Shown here piece by piece: positions 41,178 through 53,675 of a stretch of 64,000 bases of DNA; the stretch's first letter is position 1, and each line of letters begins with the position of its first letter. The notes under the pieces are model-generated. The model did not search any database, was not told the origin of the DNA, and saw only the letters and a program-made list of their open reading frames with translations. Made by a program: the position numbers and the translations under genes. The stretch covers positions 6,119,530-6,183,529 of the forward strand of contig MU054541.1 of the NCBI GenBank assembly GCA_013239625.1, in the 5' to 3' direction. The DNA comes from Lama guanicoe. Taxonomy: Eukaryota.

Positions 41178-43789
41178 AATGTGCACACCCTGGGTGGCTG
41201 TTTATGACACGTCATAAACCTGTTTTATGTAGCTTTATAGCAGTCATTCTTGTTTTTTCAGCTAATGATCTTTGGTTTAAAAAGGCCATTCCTAACAAGG
41301 AAAAAGAAACCTTGTGTTTTGCCCTTGGAAAAACACTGAGAAAATAATTTCGCGTAATTCCAGCCTACTCAGCACCAGGAGCAGAAACCAGAAAGTATTC
41401 CATTTCACTACCTGACAAGCGAGCAGATATGAATTCTTGATTGGTTAATGACTTCAGGCTCTGCAAAGCCAGGGTGAAAGCTCCTTGGCCCCAGTGCTTC
41501 TCTGCAGCTTAATCCTTTCCTCAACTCCAGCCCTTGCTGTTTTTTAGGTTACTAAATGTGAATTGAAGTTATGAATTACAATTCATAGGATGTTTGCCCT
41601 AGCCGAGTCTTAGAGTGTCTTGTCCCCACCCTCAGCCACTCCCTTTCTGGGGGCTGGTTCACCAGTGTGGAAGATCAAAGGAGATTGCTCCACCCCTCTT
41701 TGTGCCAAGAAAGCAGTTCTTTTTGAATGCCTTCGACTGACAGACCACACTTGGGGCCTGGCTGAGGACCACCATCACAAGCCTGACTACTGGCTGTGTT
41801 AAATAGATTTAAGCCTGTGCTTAGGCCTGGGCCTTGGGAATACATGTGGAATGAAAAATGTCTTCTGAGAAAACGTGTCAGAAAAAAATATCAGTGTTTT
41901 TGAAAGATCAGCAACAGGATGGGTCAGATATTTTCTTGATGAACCCAGGACTCTACCAGCTTAACTCTAACATAAAAGCAGTTTTGAAAGTGTGTGTTTA
42001 GTGGATAATTTTGACAATACTTGATTCTTCTCAGTGCGTGTTTGTGTGTACATACACACACATCTTTAGGTAGTCTTCACAACAAACCTGTATTCTTAGG
42101 AAAACCTCTTACAGTTACACCCTTTTTAAAAAAAATTCACATATTCCATCAACATTTTAAAAATTCCTCTTAGATGGAAGTCAGAAATTGAGAAATAAGG
42201 TTATGTAAATTTGGTATATTTTCTTCCAATCCTTTTTTTTCTTACTTTAGCACACATAGATTTCCCACATACACGCTTCTTGACAAAAATTATTGCATTA
42301 TACATACAGCTGAACTTTTTGTTTTTATTCAACAATGTGTTTGAATTCTAGCATTGTTTACACGTGATTTGTTTTGTTTTTTTTAATATGGTGTGTGATA
42401 TTCCATCATGCAAAATAGTCACATTTTACTTATCTGCTCCCTTACTAATGAACATTTAACTTGATTCCAGCTCATGGTATTATAAATAATGCTGCCATGA
42501 ACATCCTTTCACAGGGGTCTCTTGTCGGGGTGAGTCTCTAGAGCAGATGCCTCACAGTGGATCAGAGGGCCTGGGCGTGGTCCCTTTTATAGGTGCTGGG
42601 AGGTTTTCCTTAGAATGGCTGCATTTGCTGATTCTCCTGCTGGCAGCTTATGAAAATACCTGTTTCTTCCATCCAGCTATATTTGATATTGTCAAAAGTT
42701 TATTTTTTGCCAACCTAATGACTGACAATATTATTTCTTGCTTCACGTTTGCACTTTTAAGAGTTCCATCCATGATAAGTCATAGTATAACAAGAGGCTG
42801 CTAAAATCAGATACATGAAAGAAAAACATACACCCCAAAGCTTAGGTTACGTTGCATTATTCCCAAATGTGAAAGGAGTTGTCAGGTAGGATAAAAAGAT
42901 TAAACTGACTCGTCTTTGGATAAACATTTATTAAGCACTTTGTACTAGGCACTAGGATTACAAAGATAAACTGATTATAGCCTCTGACATCAGTCAGGGG
43001 CTTCTCGTTCCAGTGGAGGAAAGAGGTACTTAAACCAAGAGTTTCTGCAGAGAGGAAGGAGAATTATCACTTTAATTCTGCTAATGATGGAGGATGAATA
43101 GGCACCAATTTCAAAGGGTTAGTAAATGCTTCTTTAAGTGTTTAAAAAGATTTTCACACCTCTATTCTTCAGCTGGACACTACCATAGTGTATATAGTAC
43201 ATGGCAGAACACCCCCAAGAGTTGCAGTTAGCTGTAGATGGGCTCACAGAAGAGAACTTGTCCCTGAACCCTCTGTGGGAACACAGGTGAAAGGTGTCTG
43301 TGCTCAGCTCATCACCTCTACCAGCAGTGAACAGTTTCTCAGCACCTGGCAGGTACTTAGCACCATGCTAGGGCAGAGGTGCACACACACACCAAGATGT
43401 GTATGATGTGGTTTCTGGCTCATCGGAAGCTCAGAGTCCAGATGGAGAGATAAGACAATTTATGTTGAATGACACTTTAATACTAACTCAGGAGAAGAAA
43501 CTCAACCAAACTTCAATGATGCTTCCATATGGCCCACAGACAATAGCCATGCAGGAAATTGTAATGCCCAGAGGAATGACTTAGATGGAAACAATGGGTA
43601 AGATCATAAATTGAGCCAGGTGCTGCGCTATAGTTTAGACAAGTCAATAAAATTGCATATATTGAACTGTTAACACACAGCCCTACAAACAGTAGCTGTG
43701 CGATACACTTAACATTTTTTTTGGGTTGAGAAAATGTTGTTCATGACTGGGGCTCAGTTATTAATACAAATATGTCAAGAAAAACCATG

Positions 43790-43937
43790 NNNNNNNNNNN
43801 NNNNNNNNNNNNNNNNNNNNNNNNNNNNNNNNNNNNNNNNNNNNNNNNNNNNNNNNNNNNNNNNNNNNNNNNNNNNNNNNNNNNNNNNNNNNNNNNNNNN
43901 NNNNNNNNNNNNNNNNNNNNNNNNNNNNNNNNNNNNN
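43790..43937. other. N-run, 148 nt; possible location of KIF13A exon 5
   Basis: Direct; only unreadable sequence between exons 4 and 6. Confidence 0.95.
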
Positions 43938-44813
43938 CTTTGCAGTCAATGGTATAAGATGTATATTTCTTAAAACACAGAATTAGAGAACACTTTGGGG
44001 AGAATGCTTCTGACTTCATGGGTTTAGCTGAGTTAGGTGATCAAAACTAATCCTCTTTTGGAGGTTCAACAGTTGTGGTAATTGAGTAATTTCAGTGTTT
44101 ATGAGCAAAGCTAGTTTCAAACTATTAAGTGTCATTTTCCTAAATTATAGTTTTAACCTGATTTCAGACTAAGAGAATAATTACCAGTTTTCAGTGTAAG
44201 TGTTATAGTGAAAAACTATAGAAAAACTCCTAGTGTCATCCTGTACAGAGGACTTTCACCAGGATACGAAAGTGATGATAGGTTATTTATTAAACCTAGT
44301 CTAGTGGTACAGTTGGTTGGAACAAGCAAAACGAAGACAGACTAGTGGCTCAGCCATTAACCCTCTGAGCCACCATTATTTCAACTGTAAAGTTGGAATA
44401 AATCATGACAATACTGCCAATTGTCACATCGCAGGACAACCAGGAGAGTATATATCACAGCACTTTTACAAATGTGAAATATTTGGTGGATAAATGCTGT
44501 TAATGGAACTTGATGCTGTATAGTTGATACTTAACATACGTACTTTTGAAGACTATGTATTGGTGGTGGTTACATTGGTACCCATCCATCTGTAAAGGAG
44601 ATGTCCCCCGGATCTCGCAGGGAGAGTTGAAATGAAGGCCATGAGTGTAGTGGGAAGAATAGTAGCCTTGGTGTCTGGGGACCTGGATTTGAGGGCCAGG
44701 TGACTACTTCTGCTGTGTGATCTTGGCTGATGGACGCAGAACACTTGTCTGGTTGAAGCATTACATTTTGCTTCCTCGTCCGTCCTCCTTTCTTTCTGCT
44801 TGCCTTTCTCCAG

Positions 44814-44994
44814 GCTCAGGAAAATCCTTCTCCATGATGGGCAATGCTGAGCAGCGGGGCCTCATCCCCAGGCTCTGCTGCGCTTTATTTCAAAGGATCT
44901 CTCTGGAGCAGAATGAGTCGCAGACCTTTAAAGTCGAAGTATCCTATATGGAAATTTATAATGAGAAAGTTCGGGATCTTTTAGACCCCAAAGG
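44814..44994 (+). CDS. KIF13A: KIF13A exon 6 (181 nt): (G)SGKSFSMMG...SYMEIYNEKVRDLLDPK(G)
   Basis: Long pyrimidine tract, ctccag|GCTCAGG...AAAGG|gtaagt; second half of the P-loop (SGKS) and the kinesin SYMEIYNE motif. Confidence 0.98.
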
Positions 44995-47569
44995 GTAAGT
45001 TAGTGGTTGAAATTAACCTTGTAATTAGAGTAATAATTTTAAATGATCCTGAAGTTAAAGTTGCGGGAGTATGTGAATTTGAGCCCTTGGTCACTGTTCT
45101 GGTTTCAGTTTATTTACTGAAATCGTCAGCTCCTCAGAGCCTGTTGGTGTATCCAGTAGCCATGGTTCATCCTATATTCGTGTATAAAGTTGCTCACATA
45201 TGCCATTTAAAAGGATTTTTTTTTTTACTGTTGATGTTATTTTGCCACTATGGTTCATTCGTAAAAATTGAGTTAAGAACAACACATTGGTCCTTCCATT
45301 TACGTTGGAAAGCAGCACCTCTAAATGGCAGAGTGGTTGAGGGATTCACACGACCCAGCCTAGGCAAGTCGTTTTTTTCCCGGGATGTGCGTCAGAATCA
45401 CTCGGGAGATTGTTTTCAGGACCCGTGGGCCTGAGCCCCACCTATAGAGACTATTCAGTAGACCCAGAGGGAGACCCAGGCATCTGTAATTTTTTATAAC
45501 TAGGTGATAAAAGCCAGATGAGTTTGATTCATAGAGAAAGGAGAGGGCCATTTACTTTTTTTTAATTAAAAAATTTTTACTGATTTTTAAAATAATATAT
45601 ATTTATAAAAATTTAGAAAATAAGTAAAATGTAAGAAGAAATAAAAATGACCTATAATCCTGCCACTCACAAATAGCTTCTGTTAACCCTTTGGTACTTT
45701 TTGATCCTGTGTTTCAAATCTCCAGGTGGTGTGTGTGGTGTGTGTGTTGAGGTTATTCTCTACATACAATTCAGTATCCTGAGTTTTTTTTTATATAACA
45801 GGATGAGTACTTTCTCATGTCATTAAAAATAAATTTAAATGCTTTTAGCAGTTGTATAATCAAAGGCATAATGAAAGGTATAAGATCAAAATTGGGGGTG
45901 GCAAGGAAGTGACCCAGTCATAGGAAATGTTTTGTTTACTTTTAAGTTAATAACTCTTTAATCCTTATGAAAGAACGTTTATAATACATGTGAGGTATGA
46001 AGAATAATAAAATCAACAGCTGCCCTACTCACCATTTGGCGTAGTAAATGGAACATGACCCATGTTTCTGAAGCCACCTGTATGTTCCTCTTTGATCCTA
46101 TTTCAGTCTCTACCATTCCCCAAGGTAACTGCTATTATAAATTTTATGTTTCTTATTGTCTTCCTCGTCTTTAAGAGTTTACACATAATTTTGCACAATT
46201 TTTAACTTTGTGTAAGTGACGTCATAATATGGGTCCTTTGTTGAATGGCTACTTTTCCCCTTAATAATTCACTTGTTGTGATATATAAAGTAATAATTCG
46301 TTCATTTTACTGCTCTTTAGCATTCCGTTGCATGATTATAGTATAATTTATTTATTCTATCTTCTGTCATTTATATGGTTTCCACTTCTTACCACCTCAG
46401 TGCTGCTCTGAGCACTCTTGGACAGTTCTCCTGGTATATAAATGCAGGAGTTTGTACCAAGAGTTTGTACATGGTTGTACCAGTTGACACTCCCACTAGC
46501 CATGTACAATAACTCCAGACGTTAGACACCATCACAACACCTTGATATGGTGTTAGGTTGACTTTTTCTTGTTCATGAGGAGTGTTAAAGAATCTGGTTG
46601 TGCAGAGTGCGCTGAGTTCTGGTCCTTGTGCATCCAAGCAGCTCTGAAGACATGTGTTTGGTCTGCCCTTGTTTAGGGTACAGCAGAATTGCTTGTTGTC
46701 ACCTTGCATTCTTCATCCTTAAAATAGAGTTAGTAGAACCTACTTTGTGAGATTGTTGTAAGATTAAGTGAGATAACTGAGAAGTTCTTAGGGAACAAGG
46801 CCTAGACTTCGGGAAGTACTCAGTCATTCTTAGTTACTTTTTTCCACACTTGAGTGATGTCCAGCATTGACTCTTGATTTGAAAGGTGATCAGTATCTGA
46901 TGCCGTGAAAAAGGTGGCATACACAGTATGGCCACAATACATAGCTTTGCTTTGCGTCTTCACTTATCTGTTGATAAGCTCTTCAGATGGGTCCTAGACC
47001 AAGTTTGGCATTTAAAAATTCAGAAGAGCCCTAAAGTCTTCATCAGAAGAGCCAATTCTAAATGTAGGATAAATATCAGTAACTACAAACAATTACTATA
47101 ATTTAACATCACTTTCTGTATAAAATTGTCAGCTTAGAAAACAGCCTTTTTTTTTTTAAAATAAAATAGCCTGAAGGTTAAATTCAGTTCTGGCATGTTC
47201 TTTGCTTCATTTTCTTTTTTTTTCCCTAATTTTCCCCCCTACTGTGTGAAGCTGAAGTTCATCTACTAAAGCAAGTTAGCCTGACCTAGTATTCTGTGTG
47301 CTGGCTGTTTAGTTTGGGAGTAGAGATAGAAGTTTTAAAATAGTAAGTTACTATAAATAGAAATCAGAGTATAAAAGACATTCCTCATAAGGAATGCTGT
47401 TTTGCTAATCCAAATAAAGTAGCTTTTAGACTATTTTTTGATAGTTAAAAGCAATTCTACTGGAATGGCGATCTTAAGCTTCTGAGTACTTTTTAAAGTA
47501 CTTTCTTTTTAGAAAGAAAAGCTTCAAGCTGGGTCTGATTCATTCATTCCTTTTTTCTTTCTCCCAAAG

Positions 47570-47657
47570 GAGTAGACAGTCTCTTAAAGTTCGGGAGCAT
47601 AAAGTTCTAGGACCATATGTAGATGGTTTATCCCAACTGGCTGTCACCAGTTTTGAG
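47570..47657 (+). CDS. KIF13A: KIF13A exon 7 (88 nt): SRQSLKVREHKVLGPYVDGLSQLAVTSFE
   Basis: ctcccaaag|GAGTAGA...TTTGAG|gtaagt; kinesin-3 LKVREH..GPYV motif; phase 2 to 0. Confidence 0.97.
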
Positions 47658-49108
47658 GTAAGTGTCATTCTTAAAAAATGTCATTAAAAAACTGGCAGTG
47701 ATTTGACGTGTATAAGTAATGTTGAATATATTTTTATGCGACGCTTTACAGCGTATTGATACCATTCACGGTCTCAGAAACCCAGGATCAACATCCCCCA
47801 AACAGACAGAAAGGGCTCTCTTCAGCCTGCTTGGTTGTGAGGGTTGTGCAGCGTGGCTGAGAGGCCCAGCGATTTGACGTTGCTGAGTTTACACTAATGC
47901 CACTCTTTGAAACTCTTCTCCCCAAGGTTGCCAGGATGTCCTTCTGGACAAATCTGGACTTATGTGAATACTGTTTGGTAATTAATTCAGCCCTTTCCCT
48001 TTGACAGAGTCTCCTGCTTCAGTTTCCATTCCTTTCCACCCTACTGGATCCTCCCTCCATTGACTGACCCGTTTCCTTGTCCTACTCCTTGACGTCAATG
48101 CCTTCTCACATCCTGGCTCGATGTTTTACCCCTACTTTTATTGTCATTGCTTTAGAAAGCCCTTAAGACAAACTGCTGTCTGTTGCTGAAGAATGCTGAT
48201 AAATAAATGAGCAAGTTCACCCCCCTCCTTAGATGTGCCGTGGCAGTTCCTGCATCACTTCACGCTCAGTGTGACTAAAATTCATCTGCAGGGGAACCCA
48301 CTCCAGCCAATTGAATGTAGACAGTTTTAGTATTGCTTAAATCAGAAATAGAGTGCAGTCACCACTTTAAACACACTGAGATCCGGAAATGAACTAAAAC
48401 CCCTCTCTGGCAGGAAGGCGCTAAGTCAGCACTTTTGCTAAGATGCCTGGCTCATAGCTCAGTGTCTCGGGTCAGTGTCCACTTCCTCCTGTCACTTATA
48501 AGTAAGAGCTGGGGAGCTTGTGCTTTGCATCCAGCTCTAACTCGTACTAGATATGGGAAAAATTATCTGACCTCCATGAACTTCAGTGTCCTTGTGTGCA
48601 AAATCAGGAAAATACTTCTTTTATAAAGGCTCATCCTTCAGACATTGTATAAGACCCCATAGGTTCCGGGTGTTCTAAGGCAGGTGTACAAAGTCGAATA
48701 AGGAAAGGTCCCTGTCCTTGGAGAGCCACAGTGTTGGAGAAAGGAGGCAGATCAGCACGCAGTAGATGGCTGTCCGGGAGAGTTAGAGGGAAATGAAGTA
48801 ACCACTGTTATTGGGTATCTGGAAGGCTCAATAAATATTAGCTCTTTTCGCCTTAGGAACTTGCAAAGGGAAAATAGGTAATTAACAGGGAAAGAGGGCA
48901 ATTGCAGGGGGGAAGAATGGGAGAAACATTCGTACACTGAGAGAATGGAAGCTCACACCAGGCTGGGTGGAGGTGGGGCAGGGAGGTGCACGTGGAAGGG
49001 TGGTGACATGCGTCAGAGGGGCCATAATTAGTACATGTCCTGTCCTGATGGGCAGGATTGTGTTCTCATATTTCTTGCTTATAACATTTTTTTATGCTTT
49101 GCCTCTAG

Positions 49109-49243
49109 GATATTGAGTCATTGATGTCTGAGGGAAATAAGTCCCGGACAGTAGCTGCAACCAACATGAATGAAGAAAGCAGCCGCTCCCATGCTGTGTT
49201 CAACATCATAATCACACAGACGCTCTATGACCTGCAGTCTGGG
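49109..49243 (+). CDS. KIF13A: KIF13A exon 8 (135 nt): [45 protein letters not shown]
   Basis: gcctctag|GATATT...TCTGGG|gtgagg; switch I (NEESSRSHA). Confidence 0.98.
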
Positions 49244-49916
49244 GTGAGGGACCCGGGGAACCTTTGGTGGCAGTAAAAGAACTCAAAATATCTGCGTGGG
49301 TGAGCTGTTTCCTGGCTGGATTCAGTTGCTGAGATTTTATGCCGGCTCTTCTACCTACTAGATGAGGCTCTTTGCTAAAGTCATTTAATTTGTTAGGTCT
49401 TCCTTTACATATAACTTCTTTAAAAAAATTGGATTTGTTGTGTAAACTGCCTAAAGAGCACGATGGTGTCGCCATATGGTTTTTACTGTGTATCCTTCCA
49501 TACTGAAATTCCCCTAAAAACAGCTGAGTTTGCCTCATGGTTGTTAAGGGATATTAAAGAGGAAACCACAACATTTAGCCTGAAAAAAAGAATTTGATCT
49601 GAATGTGCAGGAATCCTCATGTCCCAGTGTGTTCTCATAGGCACTTAAAAGCTCCAGCTTTCTGCCTATATTCTGGAAAACTGAGTGAGCTTGCGGCCCA
49701 GGTGCAAAACACAATGCTGCACTGCCCCCAGCTTCAGTTCTGACCCTGAAATTGCTCATCCAAAGAGCCCTGCTTACCACTTAAGAAGAAGAAACTTCTT
49801 GAGGAGTTTGCCTTCTTGGCGCAGGATGGCGTCAGTTACAGGGCTGACGTACGTGTAGTCATCTGTGCGGTTTTCACATTCACGTGTGTTGTTTCTCTCT
49901 TGTTTCCCACAACTAG

Positions 49917-50029
49917 AACTCAGGAGAGAAAGTCAGCAAGGTCAGCTTGGTAGACCTGGCGGGTAGCGAAAGGGTGTCTAAGACGGGAGCCGCAGGAGAG
50001 CGACTGAAAGAAGGCAGCAACATTAACAA
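49917..50029 (+). CDS. KIF13A: KIF13A exon 9 (113 nt): [37 protein letters not shown](K)
   Basis: caactag|AACTCA...AACAA|gtaagg; switch II (DLAGSE). Confidence 0.98.
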
Positions 50030-50351
50030 GTAAGGGGACTGGGGCGACTGCCGTGTGAAACTGGAACATCCCACCCAGTTCCTGTGTGTCTAGGGGGACT
50101 TACTGTGTGATCAGGGGTCAGAAGGTTCCAATCACAGGTGGTTCAGAGTCTGTGTAGCTTTAGTAAACTGGTTTCAAGAAAAACATCCGCCTGCCTCTAC
50201 TGAGATACGTGATGTTTATTTAAGTAAAACTGCATGGTGCAGCTCGGCTCAAACATTGTACAAACTTTGTGTCGTTGTGTCATGTCGTCTTAGGTAAGTA
50301 CAAGTCACAGTTCTGTAAATCAAATCCTATCTTAACTGTAGGAGCTTATTC

Positions 50352-50491
50352 TTTTTTTTTAATGGTTTGTTTTTGAGATGCGAAGTAATTAGATTTATTT
50401 ATTTATTTTAATGGAGATGATGGGGATTGAACCCAGGACCTCATGCATGCTAAGGATACACTCTACCACTGAGCTACATATACCCTCCCCC
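50352..50491 (-). mobile_element. tRNA-derived SINE (Vic-1-like)
   Basis: Reverse complement of the SINE head (ggggattgaacccaggacctcatgcatgctaag...ctctaccactgagcta..accctcccc); TSD-like gcttattct on both sides. Confidence 0.88.
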
Positions 50492-50933
50492 TAGAAGTGC
50501 TTATTCTGAATAGAAGCTCTTTAGATCCCTTTATAAGGCTGATACTGTTTAAACATCAATACTGCCACCCCCCCCAAAGGTAACAGTTATTGAATAACTG
50601 CCACTCTGAAATCTCACCCTTTGCCTTGAGTGCCTGCAGCGTGCCCAGGGATGCTGCAAAGGCTGGAGGAGAGCCCAGCTGTGCAGGATGTGTAGGAGTT
50701 GGACGGGTGGGCAAAGAAGATGAAGGCATGCCACACGAAGGGTACAGCAGGGCACAAATGAAGGGCTTGTTCTTTCAGTCGTGCTGTATCCTGGGGGGCT
50801 GCTGATATGCAAGAGAAGTCCCCCTGTTCTCCAGCATGGGAGGGAACAGAGTTTGCATTTAAGAGTGTGTACTTTAAAATAAAAAAAAAGAGTATGTACT
50901 TGAGCAGGACTCCTTGAGTCTGATCCTGCGCCG

Positions 50934-50964
<31 letters not shown>
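50934..50964. repeat. C31 homopolymer
   Basis: 31 consecutive C, directly followed by a MIR remnant (about 50965-51150). Confidence 0.95.
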
Positions 50965-51724
50965 ACACTTACTGGATGTATCTTTGTCATGGGCAGGTGA
51001 GTTCACCTCTCTGTGCTTCATTTTTCCCATCCGCAGAATGGTGATAATCGCAGTACCTACTTTGTAGAATTGTTGAGGACTAAATGCCTATAAGGTACTT
51101 AGAACAATGCCTGGCACGTAGTATGCACTGAATAAATATTAATTGTTGTAGCTATTATTTGTATAATCTGTATAAACAGCATAATCATTATTCCAAGTTC
51201 AGCAGAAAATAGTTTCCTTTGTACTTACAATATTTTTTCTGTTGAGACATAATATGCAGTTTTCTATTATAGGACAGAAGGTGATAAGAGGTAATATATT
51301 CAGGAACGTGTTTGTGCAGCATGCATTTTAACATGATGCTAGCGCATTGTGATTTTACAAAAGTTAAAAATTAGCAGTGAAATATCACCCTCGCTATCAG
51401 ATGGACACAGCCATGCTCACTGTGCAGCTGCTTCTTTAGGGGGTTAACTTCCAGTCATTCTGTCTCCTGCTCTAATAACAAAGGATTTTGCTCTATTTCC
51501 TGACAAGGCATTGCAGGAGCCCAGACTGGCACTGCAGCTCTGCGTTCCACAGTGAGTGCAAGAACCAGGATGGGAAAGCAGAAATGGGAGTTTGAGGAAG
51601 CAGGTACCAACGAGCAGACTGTCACCCCCTATAGATTTGTGGCTAGGCTTTTAGGAAGACACTGGGAATTCTGTGCTATGAATTTGTGGGAATTTAGAGT
51701 ATGACTGGCCTTGATGTATGATGA

Positions 51725-51955
51725 TCACTTTTACTGACCTCTTACTATATGCCAGGCACTGTTCTCAATGCTCTATATGTAACAACTCATCTGATCAGCA
51801 TTGTGAGATGGGTCTGTTATCCCCATTTTACAGATGAGGAAACCGAGGCAGAGAGCAGATAAATAACGTGTCTGGGGTCACAAAGCTCTTAGTGTGGATC
51901 TTAGATTTGGTTGTAGGCAGTTTGGCTCTAGAGCCAGGCTCACCCACTGTGCTGT
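51725..51955 (-). mobile_element. MIR SINE
   Basis: cttactatatgccaggcactgttct...ccccattttacagatgaggaaaccgaggca. Confidence 0.8.
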
Positions 51956-51958
51956 ATG

Positions 51959-52072
51959 GGGGGTGCCCAAGTGTTCTGTTTGCCTGGAAGAGTCCTGATT
52001 GATACTTTTGTCCCAGAGTGAATATTTATAGTGCTCACTTCAATTTGGACACTAAATTATGCAGTGTCCCAA
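51959..52072. mobile_element. hAT MITE, MER94-like
   Basis: gggtgccca...gtttgcctgg..agtcctg...tgtccc...ttggacactaaattat. Confidence 0.5.
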
Positions 52073-52484
52073 ACTGGACTGCCTCATAGCCACATGATCA
52101 CGTAATTTAGATACTCCAGCAGCTGGCTCTTTTCCATGATGGCTTGCTGCATTGAATGGAATTCTCTGGAGCATCCTACTGTCTGTCCTTATACACACAT
52201 TAGCTCTTTCACAAATGGATGGATGTTTTCCTTACCACTAGTCTATGAGATATCTACATTTTTAGGGCTCTTTATAGTTTTCAATGCACTTTCATATGCA
52301 CTCTTTCATATGAGGTTCCTAATACGTATTTTTAATCTCTGCTTAAAGATGAGGAAACTGTTGGTTGGAGGTATGTAAGCCGTATGAATACAAGCTGAGC
52401 AGACATTTAGTAATAAGTCTCTGCTAGTGTCTAGCACTGCAATAGATGCTGCAGATGCAAGAGGAATTTAGATACCATCATAGA

Positions 52485-52935
52485 CACAATATTGCTTCCC
52501 TGCTCCCCAAATACGTCTAGGTCCTAATTCCCCAAACTTGTGCATCTGAGACCTCACAAAGGGATTTTGCGGGTGTGAATAAGTTAAGGTTTTGAGATGA
52601 GAGGATTATTCAGTGGGTCTGATGTAATCACAAAGCTCCTTACAGGTAAAAGGAGGAAGTAGGAGAGCAGAGTGAGAGTGATGTAGGGGGAGAAAGACCT
52701 CACAGTCCACTGGAAATGGAGGAGGGGCCAGGAGCCAGAAGCTGGGGTGGTTTGCAGAAGCTGGAACAAGCCAGGAGACGGATTCTCCCCTAGAGCATCC
52801 AGAAGGAACATGCCCTGTTGACACCTTGGTTTTAGCCCAGTGAAGCACATTCTGGACTTCTAGCCTCCAGACCTGGAAGGTAATACCCTTATGTTGCTTT
52901 AAGCTGCTGTGTCTGTGGTCATTTGTTACGTCATG
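52485..52935 (+). mobile_element. MaLR LTR (MLT1C/D-like)
   Basis: ggattctcccctagagcatccagaaggaac..gccctgttgacaccttggttttagcccagtgaa..ttctggacttctagcctccaga..gtctgtggtcatttgttac. Confidence 0.85.
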
Positions 52936-53576
52936 ACTGCTGCCCTCAAGGAACATGTAGGCTAAGATGCAGTGAGTTACTTCATCTGAAAAAGCAGAAG
53001 GTGGGGGCGACTTTCTTGACCAGGTGTTGTTGAGAAGTGCTACATAACCCAGCATTCAAGCGTGGAGCTGTTTTTTAGGGCACGTTTACCAGCCTGTGAG
53101 GGTTTGCCAAGTTGCTCTTACGCTTTTCCCAAAATTACTGGCTTGAAGGGAGTGGAGCTGCCTCTGAGCCTTAGTCCAGGGCTATTTTCTTTACTGCACA
53201 CGTCCCTCGCATCTCCCTGAGTTGGTGCATATGCTCCGGGAGCCCACCATGGATCCAGGTGTCCACCAGGTGGCCTCCAAGTTCTCAGCGTGGTCCTTGG
53301 TACGTAGTCACTGTGAATGGGACATCTCCTTACAGTAAGACCATGCCATGGGGTCTGCGCAGCTGTCTTAGAGAGCTTTATGGAAAGAGAGGCCGATAGT
53401 CCTCCACCTGAAATTCCAGAATCCAGAGTGCTCTGAAAACCCAGTGCTCTTCTGTTTTTCTTCATAGCTCACTTGTTAATGAACCTGCATCTGAACTCTG
53501 ATGAGGTCTTTATCTTCATTTATGGTCTTTATTTACTCATTTAGTGTGGCCATTCATAAGTTTAGCTGTAGACATG

Positions 53577-53675
53577 TTTATTTATTTATTTATTTTTAGA
53601 GGAGGTACTGGGGATTGAACCCAAACCTCATGCATGCTAAGCATGCGCTCTACCACTTGGGCTATCCCCTCCCCC
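53577..53675 (-). mobile_element. tRNA-derived SINE (Vic-1-like)
   Basis: (ttta)n tail plus head; TSD tagctgtagacatgtt / taactgtagaaatgtt. Confidence 0.88.

Noticed and set aside
42740-42840. Acceptor-like - strand sequence (tttttctttcatgtatctgattttag)
   Set aside because: All three frames stop within about 20 codons; no partner exon found
43481-43603. TACTAAC-tcag|GAGAAG...AATGG|gtaaga, a 106-nt open segment near the missing exon 5
   Set aside because: Branch motif is only 4 nt from the AG, there is no pyrimidine tract, the peptide is not kinesin-like, and it ends in phase 2 whereas exon 6 needs phase 1
45003-45434. 143-aa ORF right after exon 6
   Set aside because: Intronic, GTG start, no homology recognised, partly overlaps a MER5-like relic
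50549-51030. Poly-Gly ORFs on the - strand
   Set aside because: Produced by the C31 homopolymer
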